This document shows, one piece after another, positions 10,077 through 19,799 of a stretch of 64,000 nt of DNA (the first letter of the stretch is position 1; the number at the start of each line of letters is the position of its first letter). The notes under the pieces are model-generated. The model had not been told where the DNA came from, ran no database searches, and saw nothing but the letters and a program-made list of their open reading frames with translations. The DNA is from Gammaproteobacteria bacterium (GTDB lineage: Bacteria; Pseudomonadota; Gammaproteobacteria; UBA4575), in NCBI GenBank assembly GCA_965221955.1, contig CBDCTA010000029.1:192001-256000 (forward strand). Direction: 5' to 3'. The position numbers and the translations under genes were made by a program.

Positions 10077-11219
10077 ATGAAGAAATTTTTAATCAACGCG
10101 CGGTACTTTTTAGCACCGTTACTTATCTTAGCGTCCTTATTTGGCGTACTTGCGGGGGGTCCCTGGGTGTGGACCGGCGTACTTCTACTGGGTGCTGGGA
10201 TCATCATCGACACCCTAACGACAGCCCAAACCCCAGGAGCTGGTTTTGACGAAAATGGCGACACCAACGGCATCGTACCCCTATTAAATGGCACCATGTA
10301 CGGCATGCTCGCCGTGTTTGCCCTGATTCAAATCGCCCTAGCTTGGCGCATCTGGCAATACGTCAATGGCGTACCCATTGGCACCACCGAAATTCTAGGC
10401 CTCACCGTCCAAGACGGCATTACCGGCACCCAACTATGGGGCGCTGTCATGTCCTCCGGCATCTTCGCCGGTATTGGCATTATTTATGGTCACGAACTGG
10501 CCCACACCAAAGGCTTCAGCTTCGTCATTGCACGCTGGATGATGGCCCTAAGTGGCAAAGCCCACTTCTGCTATGCCCACGTCTACAACCACCACCTAGA
10601 ACTCGGTCACCAAGACGACCCTGCTACCGCCCCACGTGGACGCAGCATGTACACCCACTACCCTCTTTCTGGACTGGGTCAAAGCAAATTCCTCTTCATG
10701 ATGGAAAAACAACGTCTTGAACGCCTAGGCGTACCCTTTTTATCCTGGCAAAACCGCTGGATTCGAGGCTACTTCATGGCCCTGCCTACCGTCCTACTAT
10801 TCTGGTTCGTAGGCGGCTGGCTTGGCATGCTCTGCTTGGCAGGCGTATGGCTCATCTCCAACTTCGAGCTCGAAGTCCTCAACTACCTTGAGCACTACGG
10901 CCTCATTCGAGAAAAAGGTCAGCCGATAGACTACCGACATAGCTGGGACAACAGCACCGCATTTACCAGCTGGTTCTTTATTGAAATTGGTCGCCAAGCC
11001 GACCACCACGACCGAGGTGAGACCCACTTCTGGGAACTCGACGAAGTCGGCGCCCCCAACTGCGGACGCGGGTACTTCACCCTGTTTGCACTGGGCCTAC
11101 TGCCTCCGGTATTCCATGCCTACATGAAGGAACAATTGGCGAAATGGGATGACGAGATGGCCTCTGAGGGCGAATTAAAGATCGCCAATCAGATGAATAA
11201 ACAAGCTGGATACGTGTAA
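10077..11219 (+). CDS. Membrane non-heme diiron hydroxylase, AlkB/XylM-like
   Basis: His boxes HELAH, HVYNHH, NYLEHYG, RQADHH; DPATAPRG; TM helices; GGAGG SD. Confidence 0.9.
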   Translation: MKKFLINARYFLAPLLILASLFGVLAGGPWVWTGVLLLGAGIIIDTLTTAQTPGAGFDENGDTNGIVPLLNGTMYGMLAVFALIQIALAWRIWQYVNGVPIGTTEILGLTVQDGITGTQLWGAVMSSGIFAGIGIIYGHELAHTKGFSFVIARWMMALSGKAHFCYAHVYNHHLELGHQDDPATAPRGRSMYTHYPLSGLGQSKFLFMMEKQRLERLGVPFLSWQNRWIRGYFMALPTVLLFWFVGGWLGMLCLAGVWLISNFELEVLNYLEHYGLIREKGQPIDYRHSWDNSTAFTSWFFIEIGRQADHHDRGETHFWELDEVGAPNCGRGYFTLFALGLLPPVFHAYMKEQLAKWDDEMASEGELKIANQMNKQAGYV

Positions 11220-11252
11220 ACGAAAAGCTAGTTTATTAAACTACGTTTAAGC

Positions 11253-11286
11253 GCCCCGGTTCTATTTCTAGAACCGGGGCTTTTTT
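11253..11286 (+). terminator. Intrinsic terminator
   Basis: GCCCCGGTTCTA-TTTC-TAGAACCGGGGC followed by a T run. Confidence 0.92.
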
Positions 11287-11291
11287 ATTTA

Positions 11292-11390
11292 CATAGATGT
11301 TATGTATGCCGGCAACGCAGGATGCAGTTGTCGGTATTATTTACGATTACTTTAAAGGCAGAAGTGCAGAAAATGCAGGAGCAATTGCTG
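11292..11390. repeat. Degenerate palindromic (REP/MITE-like) element
   Basis: Hairpin ATGCCGGCAAC-GCAGGATGCA-GTTGTCGGTAT (11306-11337) and a second copy of the core, AATGCAGGAGCAATTGCTG (~11372-11390). Confidence 0.45.
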
Positions 11391-11472
11391 AGGACATCTG
11401 AGTCGAGAACGCAGTTTCTAGTATTGCATGTAATATTTTCTTTAAATTAAAAACAAGAATAGAAGTAACTAA

Positions 11473-12192
11473 ATGGTCGAAAAATTTAATCCACAACAAG
11501 CGAATAAGAGTTCCCTATCAGATTCAGTAAGTTCATTACAATCTGGAGATGAACGTGCATGGTTTGAAAATGAGTTAATTAAATTTCGACTACAACTTAA
11601 AGAATTACCACCACAAGCCAGTAACCTAGAACGCGCTAAGTTAGAGTTAGAAATCTCAGAAGTATTTATCGGCTTGAATCGTTTAGATGAAGCTTGGGAA
11701 AGTGCGCGACCTCTAGTGGAATTATTTATTGTTGAGAATGAATTTGAATTCGCAGTGCGTGCGTACCGTGTTTTGTATCAAGCAGATCATGAATTATCCA
11801 TTGCAGCGCTAGGGCAAGGATGTTGGTTAGCCGTGACCTATCCAATCAACCCAACATTAAGCGTTGAAATGCTGCATAACATTATTGACGAAACTCCAGA
11901 CAATTCTGATGGTGCTGCTGTAGCTGCGATGGCTGCACAATATATTGCAGATATGCGTGGTGAGGAACATCGTGAAAACTTAATGTTCTTAACCACACAA
12001 ATTGTGGCAAAAGTCGCAAAACGTCATCGTAATATCGAAGGCGAAGAAATGATAAAAACTTGGATTGAGATCTTAGAACTCAACGACACCGATCAATTAT
12101 TTATACGATTAGCCCAGATAATCGATACCATTACGGCCGATAACTGGTGGTTTGATCGGGATGAACTTCGCGCGCAATTACCTGTAAATTAA
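11473..12192 (+). CDS. Hypothetical all-alpha (TPR-like) protein
   Basis: 239-aa ORF with helical, amphipathic pattern; no recognised motif. Confidence 0.7.
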   Translation: MVEKFNPQQANKSSLSDSVSSLQSGDERAWFENELIKFRLQLKELPPQASNLERAKLELEISEVFIGLNRLDEAWESARPLVELFIVENEFEFAVRAYRVLYQADHELSIAALGQGCWLAVTYPINPTLSVEMLHNIIDETPDNSDGAAVAAMAAQYIADMRGEEHRENLMFLTTQIVAKVAKRHRNIEGEEMIKTWIEILELNDTDQLFIRLAQIIDTITADNWWFDRDELRAQLPVN

Positions 12193-12358
12193 GGAAAAAT
12201 TACCAACTTGAGACCTTGTTCACAAAGATCTCTTCCGCTAGTCAATTAATCCCCTCCACTTACACAAATTCGGCGGTTTTTACTCTGATTTTGTAGCTAT
12301 ATCTCATTACTGAGAGCGCGATTTCTGTACATTAATCGCACTGAGAGTTGGACTTTTT

Positions 12359-12910
12359 ATGGAGAGCGTGGTGACTGTTTCAGCACAACAAGCTGGCTTC
12401 ACCCTAATTGAGTTAATGATTGTCATCATATTAGTGGCGATTTTTATAACTGTGGGTGTGCCTAGTTTTCAAAATTTAGTCAGCGATAATCGCTTAGTGA
12501 CACAAGCGAATCGACTTGTGTCGTCTTTACAGTTTGCACGTTCTGAAGCTCTAAAGTTACGAACTCCTGTTTCTGTATGTCGAACCACTAATGGAACAGC
12601 TTGTGCGGGCGCTGGGAATTGGGAATCAGGTTGGTTGATTTTTGTGGACGCTGCAAATTTTGGAACAGTAGATGCTGGTGAAACGGTCCTACAGGTAAGC
12701 AGTGGGCTTAGTGCAGGAAATACACTACGTGGTTCTGCTGCACCTTTTAATAATTTAGTGACTTACCAGCCTTCTGGATTACAAAATGCAGGTGCAGGGA
12801 GTTTTAGTTTATGTGATGGTCATAACCCCGACATAAATAAAGCAAGACAGATTTCAATTTCTCCAACAGGCCGTGTGCAAACTACAACAGGTGTAGCAGC
12901 TTGTCCTTAA
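12359..12910 (+). CDS. fimT: Type IV minor pilin FimT/FimU (GspH-like)
   Basis: Prepilin site AG|FTLIELMIV; ARSEA motif. Confidence 0.88.
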   Translation: MESVVTVSAQQAGFTLIELMIVIILVAIFITVGVPSFQNLVSDNRLVTQANRLVSSLQFARSEALKLRTPVSVCRTTNGTACAGAGNWESGWLIFVDAANFGTVDAGETVLQVSSGLSAGNTLRGSAAPFNNLVTYQPSGLQNAGAGSFSLCDGHNPDINKARQISISPTGRVQTTTGVAACP

Positions 12911-12925
12911 GTTTGAAGTACTAAT

Positions 12926-13549
12926 ATGAAAATAGTTTTTACACAACACAAATATCAACACATGACCTTATGCAAAAGATCTATGTCAGGTTTATCGTTG
13001 ATTGAAATCTTAATCACAGTTGTAGTGTTATCTATTGGATTGTTGGGAATCGCAGGTATGCAAGCATTTGGAATGCGTTATAGCCATGATTCTTACGCGC
13101 GTAGTCAAGCGACTATGTTGGCAAATGAGCTCATTGAGCGTATGCATGCAAATCCAGATGCAGTGAGTAATGGTGATTATAAAGCAGCTGTTGATGCGCT
13201 AGATTGTACAAGCGTGAATAATGACCCTGCCCACCCAATGAATGCTGCGCCTTCATGTACAGGTTCTACTACAAGTGAGCTTTGCACTGTTTCTCAGCTT
13301 GCAGTACTCGATTCCTTTCGAATTGGTTGTGGACAATTTCTTGCGGTTCCAAACGCGCTAGTAGGTGGGGCTAATAATTTATTGTCCAATGGACAAGTTG
13401 CAATAACTTGTACTGATTCAAGCCCTGGTGTTGCACCTGAATGTGAAGGCGATAATAACCGAACGGTAACTATTACTTGGCAAGATCCAGATGATAAAGG
13501 TAACGCATTGTCAACGTTGCAAGTTGAAGTAAATGCAAGATTCTTATGA
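12926..13549 (+). CDS. pilV: Type IV minor pilin PilV
   Basis: G|LSLIEILITVVVLSIGLLGIAGMQ...RSQA..LA....ERM.AN. Confidence 0.9.
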   Translation: MKIVFTQHKYQHMTLCKRSMSGLSLIEILITVVVLSIGLLGIAGMQAFGMRYSHDSYARSQATMLANELIERMHANPDAVSNGDYKAAVDALDCTSVNNDPAHPMNAAPSCTGSTTSELCTVSQLAVLDSFRIGCGQFLAVPNALVGGANNLLSNGQVAITCTDSSPGVAPECEGDNNRTVTITWQDPDDKGNALSTLQVEVNARFL

Positions 13550-14307
13550 ACAATTTAAAATTCAATATACATAAGCAAAATGGGCTTTCAATTGTTGAAC
13601 TCATGATCGCATTAGTCCTTTCGCTTGTTGTGATGCTTGTTACAACGAGTATTTATGTGAGCAATAAACAAACTTACCGTTTTTTAGATCAATATAGTTT
13701 ATTACAGGAAAATGGGCGATTCGCCATTTTCTTTTTGCGAGAGCATTTGCTTCAAGCGGGATTCCCTCGTCAGTCGAATGTTAATCCTTTTCCAGTTGTC
13801 CCAGGAAATAACACAGGTACAAATGGAAGTGATACGTTAACCGTGCAATTTAGATCTGCTGTGGATTGTTTGAATGATGTTCCGGCAGGTGCATTGCCAT
13901 TAAAGCTTACACAAAACACATTTCAATTAAGTGCAAATAATGAATTGACGTGCAATGGTAATGGTCTTGTAGGTGGTGTTGATCAGCCCGCACAGCCATT
14001 GGTGGATGGAATTGTAAATATACAAGCAGAGTATGGAGTCGACACGGATGCAGATGGTATTGCAAATACCTATGCAAATTCAGCAGTTGTGAATGGCGGT
14101 GTAATTAGTGCAGGAACACCCGATTGGGATAATGTTGTTTCAGTTCGCATCGCAGTATTAGTTGAAGGTGAAGCTAATACTTTAGATCAAGCGCAAGCCA
14201 TTACCTATAACTTATTAGGCGTTCCAGACTCCTATAACGATCGGACTCCAAGACGTGTTTTCACTACAACTATTCCTTTGCGTAATCGCAACAAAACAAT
14301 TATTTAG
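13546..14307 (+). CDS. pilW: Type IV minor pilin PilW
   Basis: G|LSIVELMIAL, QENGRFA, YGVDTDADG, C-terminal F.TTI.LRNR. Confidence 0.9.
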   Translation: MNNLKFNIHKQNGLSIVELMIALVLSLVVMLVTTSIYVSNKQTYRFLDQYSLLQENGRFAIFFLREHLLQAGFPRQSNVNPFPVVPGNNTGTNGSDTLTVQFRSAVDCLNDVPAGALPLKLTQNTFQLSANNELTCNGNGLVGGVDQPAQPLVDGIVNIQAEYGVDTDADGIANTYANSAVVNGGVISAGTPDWDNVVSVRIAVLVEGEANTLDQAQAITYNLLGVPDSYNDRTPRRVFTTTIPLRNRNKTII

Positions 14308-14832
14308 GTGGCAGCCATGAAGATATCAATTCGAAAACAACAAGGTGTTGTATTAGTTGTTGGATTATTAATGCTACTTATTATCACCATTGTTGGTGTT
14401 ACAGCAATGAGTGATACCACTATGAATGAAAGAATGACAGCAAATCATCAATTTCAAACATTAAGTTTTCAAGCCGCCGAGTCTGCTATTCACGATAACT
14501 TTAATGTGCCATCTGTTGTACCTTCAGTAATGGCGGTAAATTGGTTTGTTGACCCTGCTCCAACAAATTATAACGTTGATATTAAAAGTGGTTCACCTAT
14601 TGCAGTTCAAGCAGACGCAAGTATTCAGTTCTGTGGTGAAGAGTTGCCTATGGGTTCAGGGTTTTGCAATGGTTTAGCTGGGGGCTGCGATATCGATCAG
14701 GTGTTCGATGTACGAGGGGAAGGGCAAGTAAGTGCTTTAGGTACTCAAGAACAGCACTTACGCAGAGGTTCGCGCGCAATGATGAGTGCGGGATTAGCAT
14801 TTGATACAACAAAATGTGACCAAGTGCCATAA
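14308..14832 (+). CDS. pilX: Type IV minor pilin PilX
   Basis: QQG|VVLVVGLLMLL lacking E5; SFQAAESA. Confidence 0.88.
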   Translation: MAAMKISIRKQQGVVLVVGLLMLLIITIVGVTAMSDTTMNERMTANHQFQTLSFQAAESAIHDNFNVPSVVPSVMAVNWFVDPAPTNYNVDIKSGSPIAVQADASIQFCGEELPMGSGFCNGLAGGCDIDQVFDVRGEGQVSALGTQEQHLRRGSRAMMSAGLAFDTTKCDQVP

Positions 14833-14870
14833 AACTTAAAAAGGATTTTTAGGTTATTTTTAAAAGAGAG

Positions 14871-17828
14871 TTGGATATTATGAAAACGTTAACGCGTAAG
14901 TTTAGTTTAAGCACATTAAGTTGTGTGATTGTATTTATAAGTAATATATCTTTTGTATATGCAGATGATATAGAGATTTATAACCGTACAACAAATATTC
15001 CTAATTTATTATTTATTATTGATACATCAGGCAGTATGGGTGATCCTGTAGATTCTTCTAATTCAAGTAGCCCGTCTCGATTAAGTGCCGTCCAAACGGC
15101 ATTTCAAAATATTTTAAGTCAACCTTATTCGTTGCTGAATGTTGGGGTTATGAATTTTAGTGGTGATACAGGCAGTGGTGTAGATTTACCAGTAGCTGAT
15201 GTAAATCAGTTAGCAAATAATGTTGAGTCAGGAGTGGTCAGCACAACAGAAACATACGCACAACTCTTAACCCGAAATGTAAATGCACTTTCAGATGGTG
15301 GTAATACTCCAACTGTACAAGCATTATATGAAGCAGCGCTATATTTTCGTGGAGATGATGTTCACAGCGGAGCAACAGGGACACTTCATACGGGGTGGGA
15401 TGACAACGTTAGTGTATCAATGTATACGGGAGGTGATTCCACATCTGCAGGTTTACGAACGTACATAACTGGAACGAGTGGACCTGAATATATTTCTCCT
15501 ATTCAGACCGCATGTACTGAAAACTTCATAGTATTACTTTCTGATGGAAAGCCCACGAGAGAAGATTCAACGATTCAAGCAAATATAAGAACACTTACTG
15601 GTAAAACTAGCTGCGACGATTTGGGGTCATTGGGTATTGCTGACACTGAAATAATAGACAAAGGTGAATGCGGTATAGATTTGCTTAGTTATTTGAACAC
15701 TGTAGATCAAAGCTCAAGTTCAGTTGGGACTAATCAACCTGGAGATCAATTTATTACTACTCATACTATTGGTTTCCAAATAGATGGTGACGGCAAAAAA
15801 TACTTGGAAGAGTTAGCCAATGCAGGGGGTGGAATTTTTTACGATGCAAGTGATCCTTCTTCATTGGTAACCACATTACAAAATATTGTTACTGCAATAA
15901 CGCAAAAATCGAGAACAATTACAGCCATAGGCAATACGTTAGACTTAAGCACATTGGGTTCAAGTCGTGATGAAATTTATGTACCTATGTTTGTTGCTAA
16001 TCCTAATAGACCTCGTTGGCAAGGTAACTTTAAGGGTTATTTATTGGATCCAGGTGGTTTTCTTACAGGTTTAGATGGAAATCCTGTATTTACATCAACA
16101 GGTGATTTTGAACCATCCGCAAGAAGTTTTTGGACATCGACTGCTGATGGTGGAGATATTAATGAAGGTGGGGTCGCGGCATTATTAAATCCAAGCACAC
16201 GTAATGTTATGACAGATGATGGGGCTGGAAACTTAATTAGTTTTGATGCTGCAAATTCTAGTTTGACGGGTAATCCATCTTTGTTTGGTTTGCCTGGGAC
16301 TACAACAACTTCCGAGCTACAGGATTTAATTAATTGGGCAAGAGGCGTTGATATAAATGATGAAGATTTAGATGGAAGCACATCTGATGCGAGAAATTTT
16401 GTAGGTGACCCACTACACACTAATCCAGTTGTTGCAAACTACACGGGTGGATCTATTGAACGAGTTGCTTTCTTTATGACTAATGAAGGTTATCTTCACG
16501 CAATTGATGTAACCGGCAATACATCCACTACAGGTGGAAATGAGTTGTTTTCATTTATGCCACGTGAATTGTTAGATAATTTAGACCCATTACGAAAAAA
16601 TGTTGGTGGAACAGCTAAAATTTATGGTTTGGATGGGCCGTTAGTACTTTTCCAAGTTGGGGGAGCCGCAAATGCAGCTGGCAATAAATATCTTTACTTC
16701 GGAATGCGTCGTGGAGGTCTAAATTACTACGCAGTTGACGTTACGAACCCTAGTTCTCCATCCTTGATGTGGAAAATCGAAGGTGGAATAGGAGATTTCC
16801 AAGAGATGGGACAATCGTGGTCTGAACCTATTGTTACAAACGTAACGCATGGTGGTTCAACCAAATTGGCTTTAGTGTTTGGTGGTGGCTATGACACTAC
16901 TCAAGATTCTGCGGTTACACATACTGTTGATAGTCGCGGTCGAGCGATCTATGTTGTTGATGCGGTTACCGGTACAAAGCTTTGGTCTGCAGGTCCAAGT
17001 GGAAGCCCAGATACGCATGATCTTACTCTTGGTTTAACTAACGGAATTGCTGGGGATGTATCTGTAATCGATCTTAATAGCGATACCATTGCAGATCGAC
17101 TTTATTTTGGTACTACAGGTGGTTCAATTTGGCGAGTTGATTTCCAGGGTGATTTGAATGGCAGTGCGGGTTTTAGCAATGATTTTTCAGGATATGAATT
17201 AGCACGATTCCATGGAAGCGCAATAAATGATAATCGTAGATTTTTTGCAAGACCAGTGGCTGCATTGACCTCCAATGGAAAACTTGCGGTCACAGTTGGT
17301 TCTGGTCATCGGTCTCACCCGCTTGATACTGCAGTACAAGATCGCCTTTATACGATTTATGATCCTAATATAAATAGCGTGCCGACTTCTGCACCTGTAG
17401 TAATTACTGATAGTGATCTTCAAGATTTAACAGGCTTTACTAGTGGTTTTGATTCTTCCGGTTCATTAGTATCAGGTTGGCGGGTTGATCTCGATATTGC
17501 AGGTGAAAAAGTTTTCAATGCTGCAAGTGTACTGCGTGGAGAAGTATTTATCAGCACATACTATCCTCCAACTACTATGTGTTCTAATGATCCAGATGGT
17601 TCGCGATTATTTGTGGTGGACCTTGAAGGCAATCCAACCCGAAATTTAGATGGTGATATAAATGGAATTAAAGATCCATACGTTACAATTTTGAACTTCG
17701 GTATTGTTCCAGAGCTTACTTTACACTACGGATCAACTGGTATGGTGCGAGGTGTGTTTTTACCAAACATTGGTGATATATATACATCCGGAACACTTGA
17801 AGACCGATTTTGGACAAATAATCCTTAA
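14871..17828 (+). CDS. pilY1: PilY1/PilC adhesin with N-terminal vWA domain
   Basis: Signal peptide ending YADDIEI; MIDAS DTSGS; GDPLHTNP, FGMRRGG, GQSWSEP, GGGYD; Ca-binding DLNSDTIAD. Confidence 0.92.
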   Translation: MDIMKTLTRKFSLSTLSCVIVFISNISFVYADDIEIYNRTTNIPNLLFIIDTSGSMGDPVDSSNSSSPSRLSAVQTAFQNILSQPYSLLNVGVMNFSGDTGSGVDLPVADVNQLANNVESGVVSTTETYAQLLTRNVNALSDGGNTPTVQALYEAALYFRGDDVHSGATGTLHTGWDDNVSVSMYTGGDSTSAGLRTYITGTSGPEYISPIQTACTENFIVLLSDGKPTREDSTIQANIRTLTGKTSCDDLGSLGIADTEIIDKGECGIDLLSYLNTVDQSSSSVGTNQPGDQFITTHTIGFQIDGDGKKYLEELANAGGGIFYDASDPSSLVTTLQNIVTAITQKSRTITAIGNTLDLSTLGSSRDEIYVPMFVANPNRPRWQGNFKGYLLDPGGFLTGLDGNPVFTSTGDFEPSARSFWTSTADGGDINEGGVAALLNPSTRNVMTDDGAGNLISFDAANSSLTGNPSLFGLPGTTTTSELQDLINWARGVDINDEDLDGSTSDARNFVGDPLHTNPVVANYTGGSIERVAFFMTNEGYLHAIDVTGNTSTTGGNELFSFMPRELLDNLDPLRKNVGGTAKIYGLDGPLVLFQVGGAANAAGNKYLYFGMRRGGLNYYAVDVTNPSSPSLMWKIEGGIGDFQEMGQSWSEPIVTNVTHGGSTKLALVFGGGYDTTQDSAVTHTVDSRGRAIYVVDAVTGTKLWSAGPSGSPDTHDLTLGLTNGIAGDVSVIDLNSDTIADRLYFGTTGGSIWRVDFQGDLNGSAGFSNDFSGYELARFHGSAINDNRRFFARPVAALTSNGKLAVTVGSGHRSHPLDTAVQDRLYTIYDPNINSVPTSAPVVITDSDLQDLTGFTSGFDSSGSLVSGWRVDLDIAGEKVFNAASVLRGEVFISTYYPPTTMCSNDPDGSRLFVVDLEGNPTRNLDGDINGIKDPYVTILNFGIVPELTLHYGSTGMVRGVFLPNIGDIYTSGTLEDRFWTNNP

Positions 17829-17845
17829 ATAAAAGTTTGAAATAT

Positions 17846-17875
17846 AAAAAAACGCCGCAACTGCGGCGTTTTTTT
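17846..17875. terminator. Bidirectional intrinsic terminator
   Basis: AAAAAAACGCCGCA-AC-TGCGGCGTTTTTTT between convergent genes. Confidence 0.9.
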
Positions 17876-17898
17876 ATTTTAGTTTTAATTAAAGAAAA

Positions 17899-18564
17899 CT
17901 AATTATATTTTTTTTCATACTCTTCATAAGAACCATGAAACCCAACGTGTTCTTTTTTATTAAACGGATCTGAGCTTTCTTTTTTCATAGGAGTTTGTGC
18001 ACCATTACTATACTTCGCTAAGTATTCGTCGATACCACCATGGTAAGCACTATTTTGTTCAGATGATTGGGTTTGAGTTTTTGCATGGTATTCATCCATA
18101 CTCATAGAAGTAGCTCCCGCAGTGTTAGTCGATGTGTTACTAGATGCTGCGTGCATTTTTTTAGTTGATTTACCGTGAAGATATTCGTCTATGCTGCCGG
18201 AAAAGCCTTGGTGTTGTGCTACATTGGCTTCTAGTTGTTGACTGCGCTCATTTGTAGATTGTGCAAGGTACTCATCTATACTCATTGAAGTTGCACCATG
18301 ACTACTCTTTTGAGTTGTTGAAGTTTTAGTGGGAGATTGATGTGCCACTTTGCCAGCGTGTTCGCTACTGGCTTGTTTAGATTCTGCAGTTTTCCCTGCA
18401 TGTTCGTTGTTTGATGAGGGCTTGCTCGCCTGTTGATTGCTAGCTGTTTCAGAAGAATTTTCTTGCTGCATTCTTCTGCGATCATCAATATAAAAACCAG
18501 CTAAAACGCCAAAGATAAAAATGCCAACAATAGGCCAGATAATTTTTTCAGATAATGCAGGCAT
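17899..18564 (-). CDS. Membrane-anchored low-complexity protein with repeated (I/M)DEY motifs
   Basis: N-terminal TM; EHAGK x2; SIDEYL, SIDEYL, SMDEYH, GIDEYL, SYEEYE; GAGG SD. Confidence 0.75.
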   Translation of the reverse strand: MPALSEKIIWPIVGIFIFGVLAGFYIDDRRRMQQENSSETASNQQASKPSSNNEHAGKTAESKQASSEHAGKVAHQSPTKTSTTQKSSHGATSMSIDEYLAQSTNERSQQLEANVAQHQGFSGSIDEYLHGKSTKKMHAASSNTSTNTAGATSMSMDEYHAKTQTQSSEQNSAYHGGIDEYLAKYSNGAQTPMKKESSDPFNKKEHVGFHGSYEEYEKKYN

Positions 18565-18734
18565 GGTGATAACCTCGTTATGGTGGTGACTAGATTTATT
18601 ATTGATCTAGTTCATATATGTTATTCAGAATAGTCTAGGTAAATTTTAAATCATATTCATAGTTTGTTGATAGTCCAATGATAATTAGAAACGATTTTTT
18701 GCATCATATACAAACTGTTTAACAAAAGTTACAT

Positions 18735-19799
18735 ATGCGAGACATCATTCATATTGATATGGACGCATTTTATGCTGCGGTGGAGCAAAGAGATTTCCCA
18801 CAATACCGTAATAAGCCTGTGGTTGTTGGTGGGGATCCAGATAAACGTGGAGTAGTGGCTACCTGTAGTTATGAAGCACGCAAATTTGGTATTCATTCTG
18901 CTATGGCTTGCGCACGAGCTATGCGCCTATGTCCGAATGCAATCTTCGTGCGTCCGCGGTTTGATGTTTATCGACAAATCTCGCAACAAATTCGAGACAT
19001 CATGTTTAGTTATACTGATTTGGTCGAACCTCTTTCACTAGATGAAGCCTATTTAGATGTCACGCATTGCAAACGTAGTTTTGGATCACCCACTTTGGTA
19101 GCGAAAGCGATTAAAAATGAAATACAACAAGTCACGGGTTTAACTGCTTCGGCAGGCGTTTCATATAATAAGTTCATTGCCAAAATCGCTTCAGATATGG
19201 ATAAACCAGATGGCTTAACCTTGATTACGCAAAAACAAGGGCCAAATTTTGTAAAGCAATTGGCTATTGGTAAATTTCATGGCATAGGGCCTGCGACTGA
19301 AACAAAAATGCAAGACTTAGGTATATACACGGGCGAAGATTTATTAGCTTGGAGTTTGGAGGAGCTAAAAGCAATTTTTGGTAAAGTAAGTGAGTACTAC
19401 TACCATGCGGCACGAGGAGTAGATCAGCGCCAAGTGGAAAGCCACCGGCAGCGTAAATCAATCGGTTCGGAAAAAACCTACAGTGAAGATGTGTCCGACG
19501 AATCTGAAATGCTATTGAGATTAGAAAAGCTTGCATCCGAAGTGTGGCAGGATATGCAAGCAAAAAATATCAGTGCTCGAACGATTACTGTAAAAGTTAA
19601 GTTCGATAACTTTGCTCAGGTGACTCGAGCTGTCACGTTGAACCAAAATATCGCTAAGCTTGAGGATATCACTTCTCAGCTGAACGAGCTGTTGCACAAG
19701 GCCGAGGTTCGCGGGCGACGTGTGCGATTATTGGGTGTTTCAGTGTCTAAATTAACCTTGTTAGAGCAGCTGGATGAAGAGCAGCTCAATCTCTTGTAA
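18735..19799 (+). CDS. dinB: DNA polymerase IV (Y family)
   Basis: HIDMDAFYA, SYEAR, SLDEAYLD; C-terminal clamp motif QLNLL. Confidence 0.96.
   Translation: MRDIIHIDMDAFYAAVEQRDFPQYRNKPVVVGGDPDKRGVVATCSYEARKFGIHSAMACARAMRLCPNAIFVRPRFDVYRQISQQIRDIMFSYTDLVEPLSLDEAYLDVTHCKRSFGSPTLVAKAIKNEIQQVTGLTASAGVSYNKFIAKIASDMDKPDGLTLITQKQGPNFVKQLAIGKFHGIGPATETKMQDLGIYTGEDLLAWSLEELKAIFGKVSEYYYHAARGVDQRQVESHRQRKSIGSEKTYSEDVSDESEMLLRLEKLASEVWQDMQAKNISARTITVKVKFDNFAQVTRAVTLNQNIAKLEDITSQLNELLHKAEVRGRRVRLLGVSVSKLTLLEQLDEEQLNLL

Noticed and set aside
10343-10720. 125-aa alternate-frame ORF inside the hydroxylase
   Set aside because: By-product of C-rich codon usage suppressing stop codons
18710-18734. LexA box upstream of dinB
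   Set aside because: CTGTTTAACAAAAG does not fit CTGT-N8-ACAG
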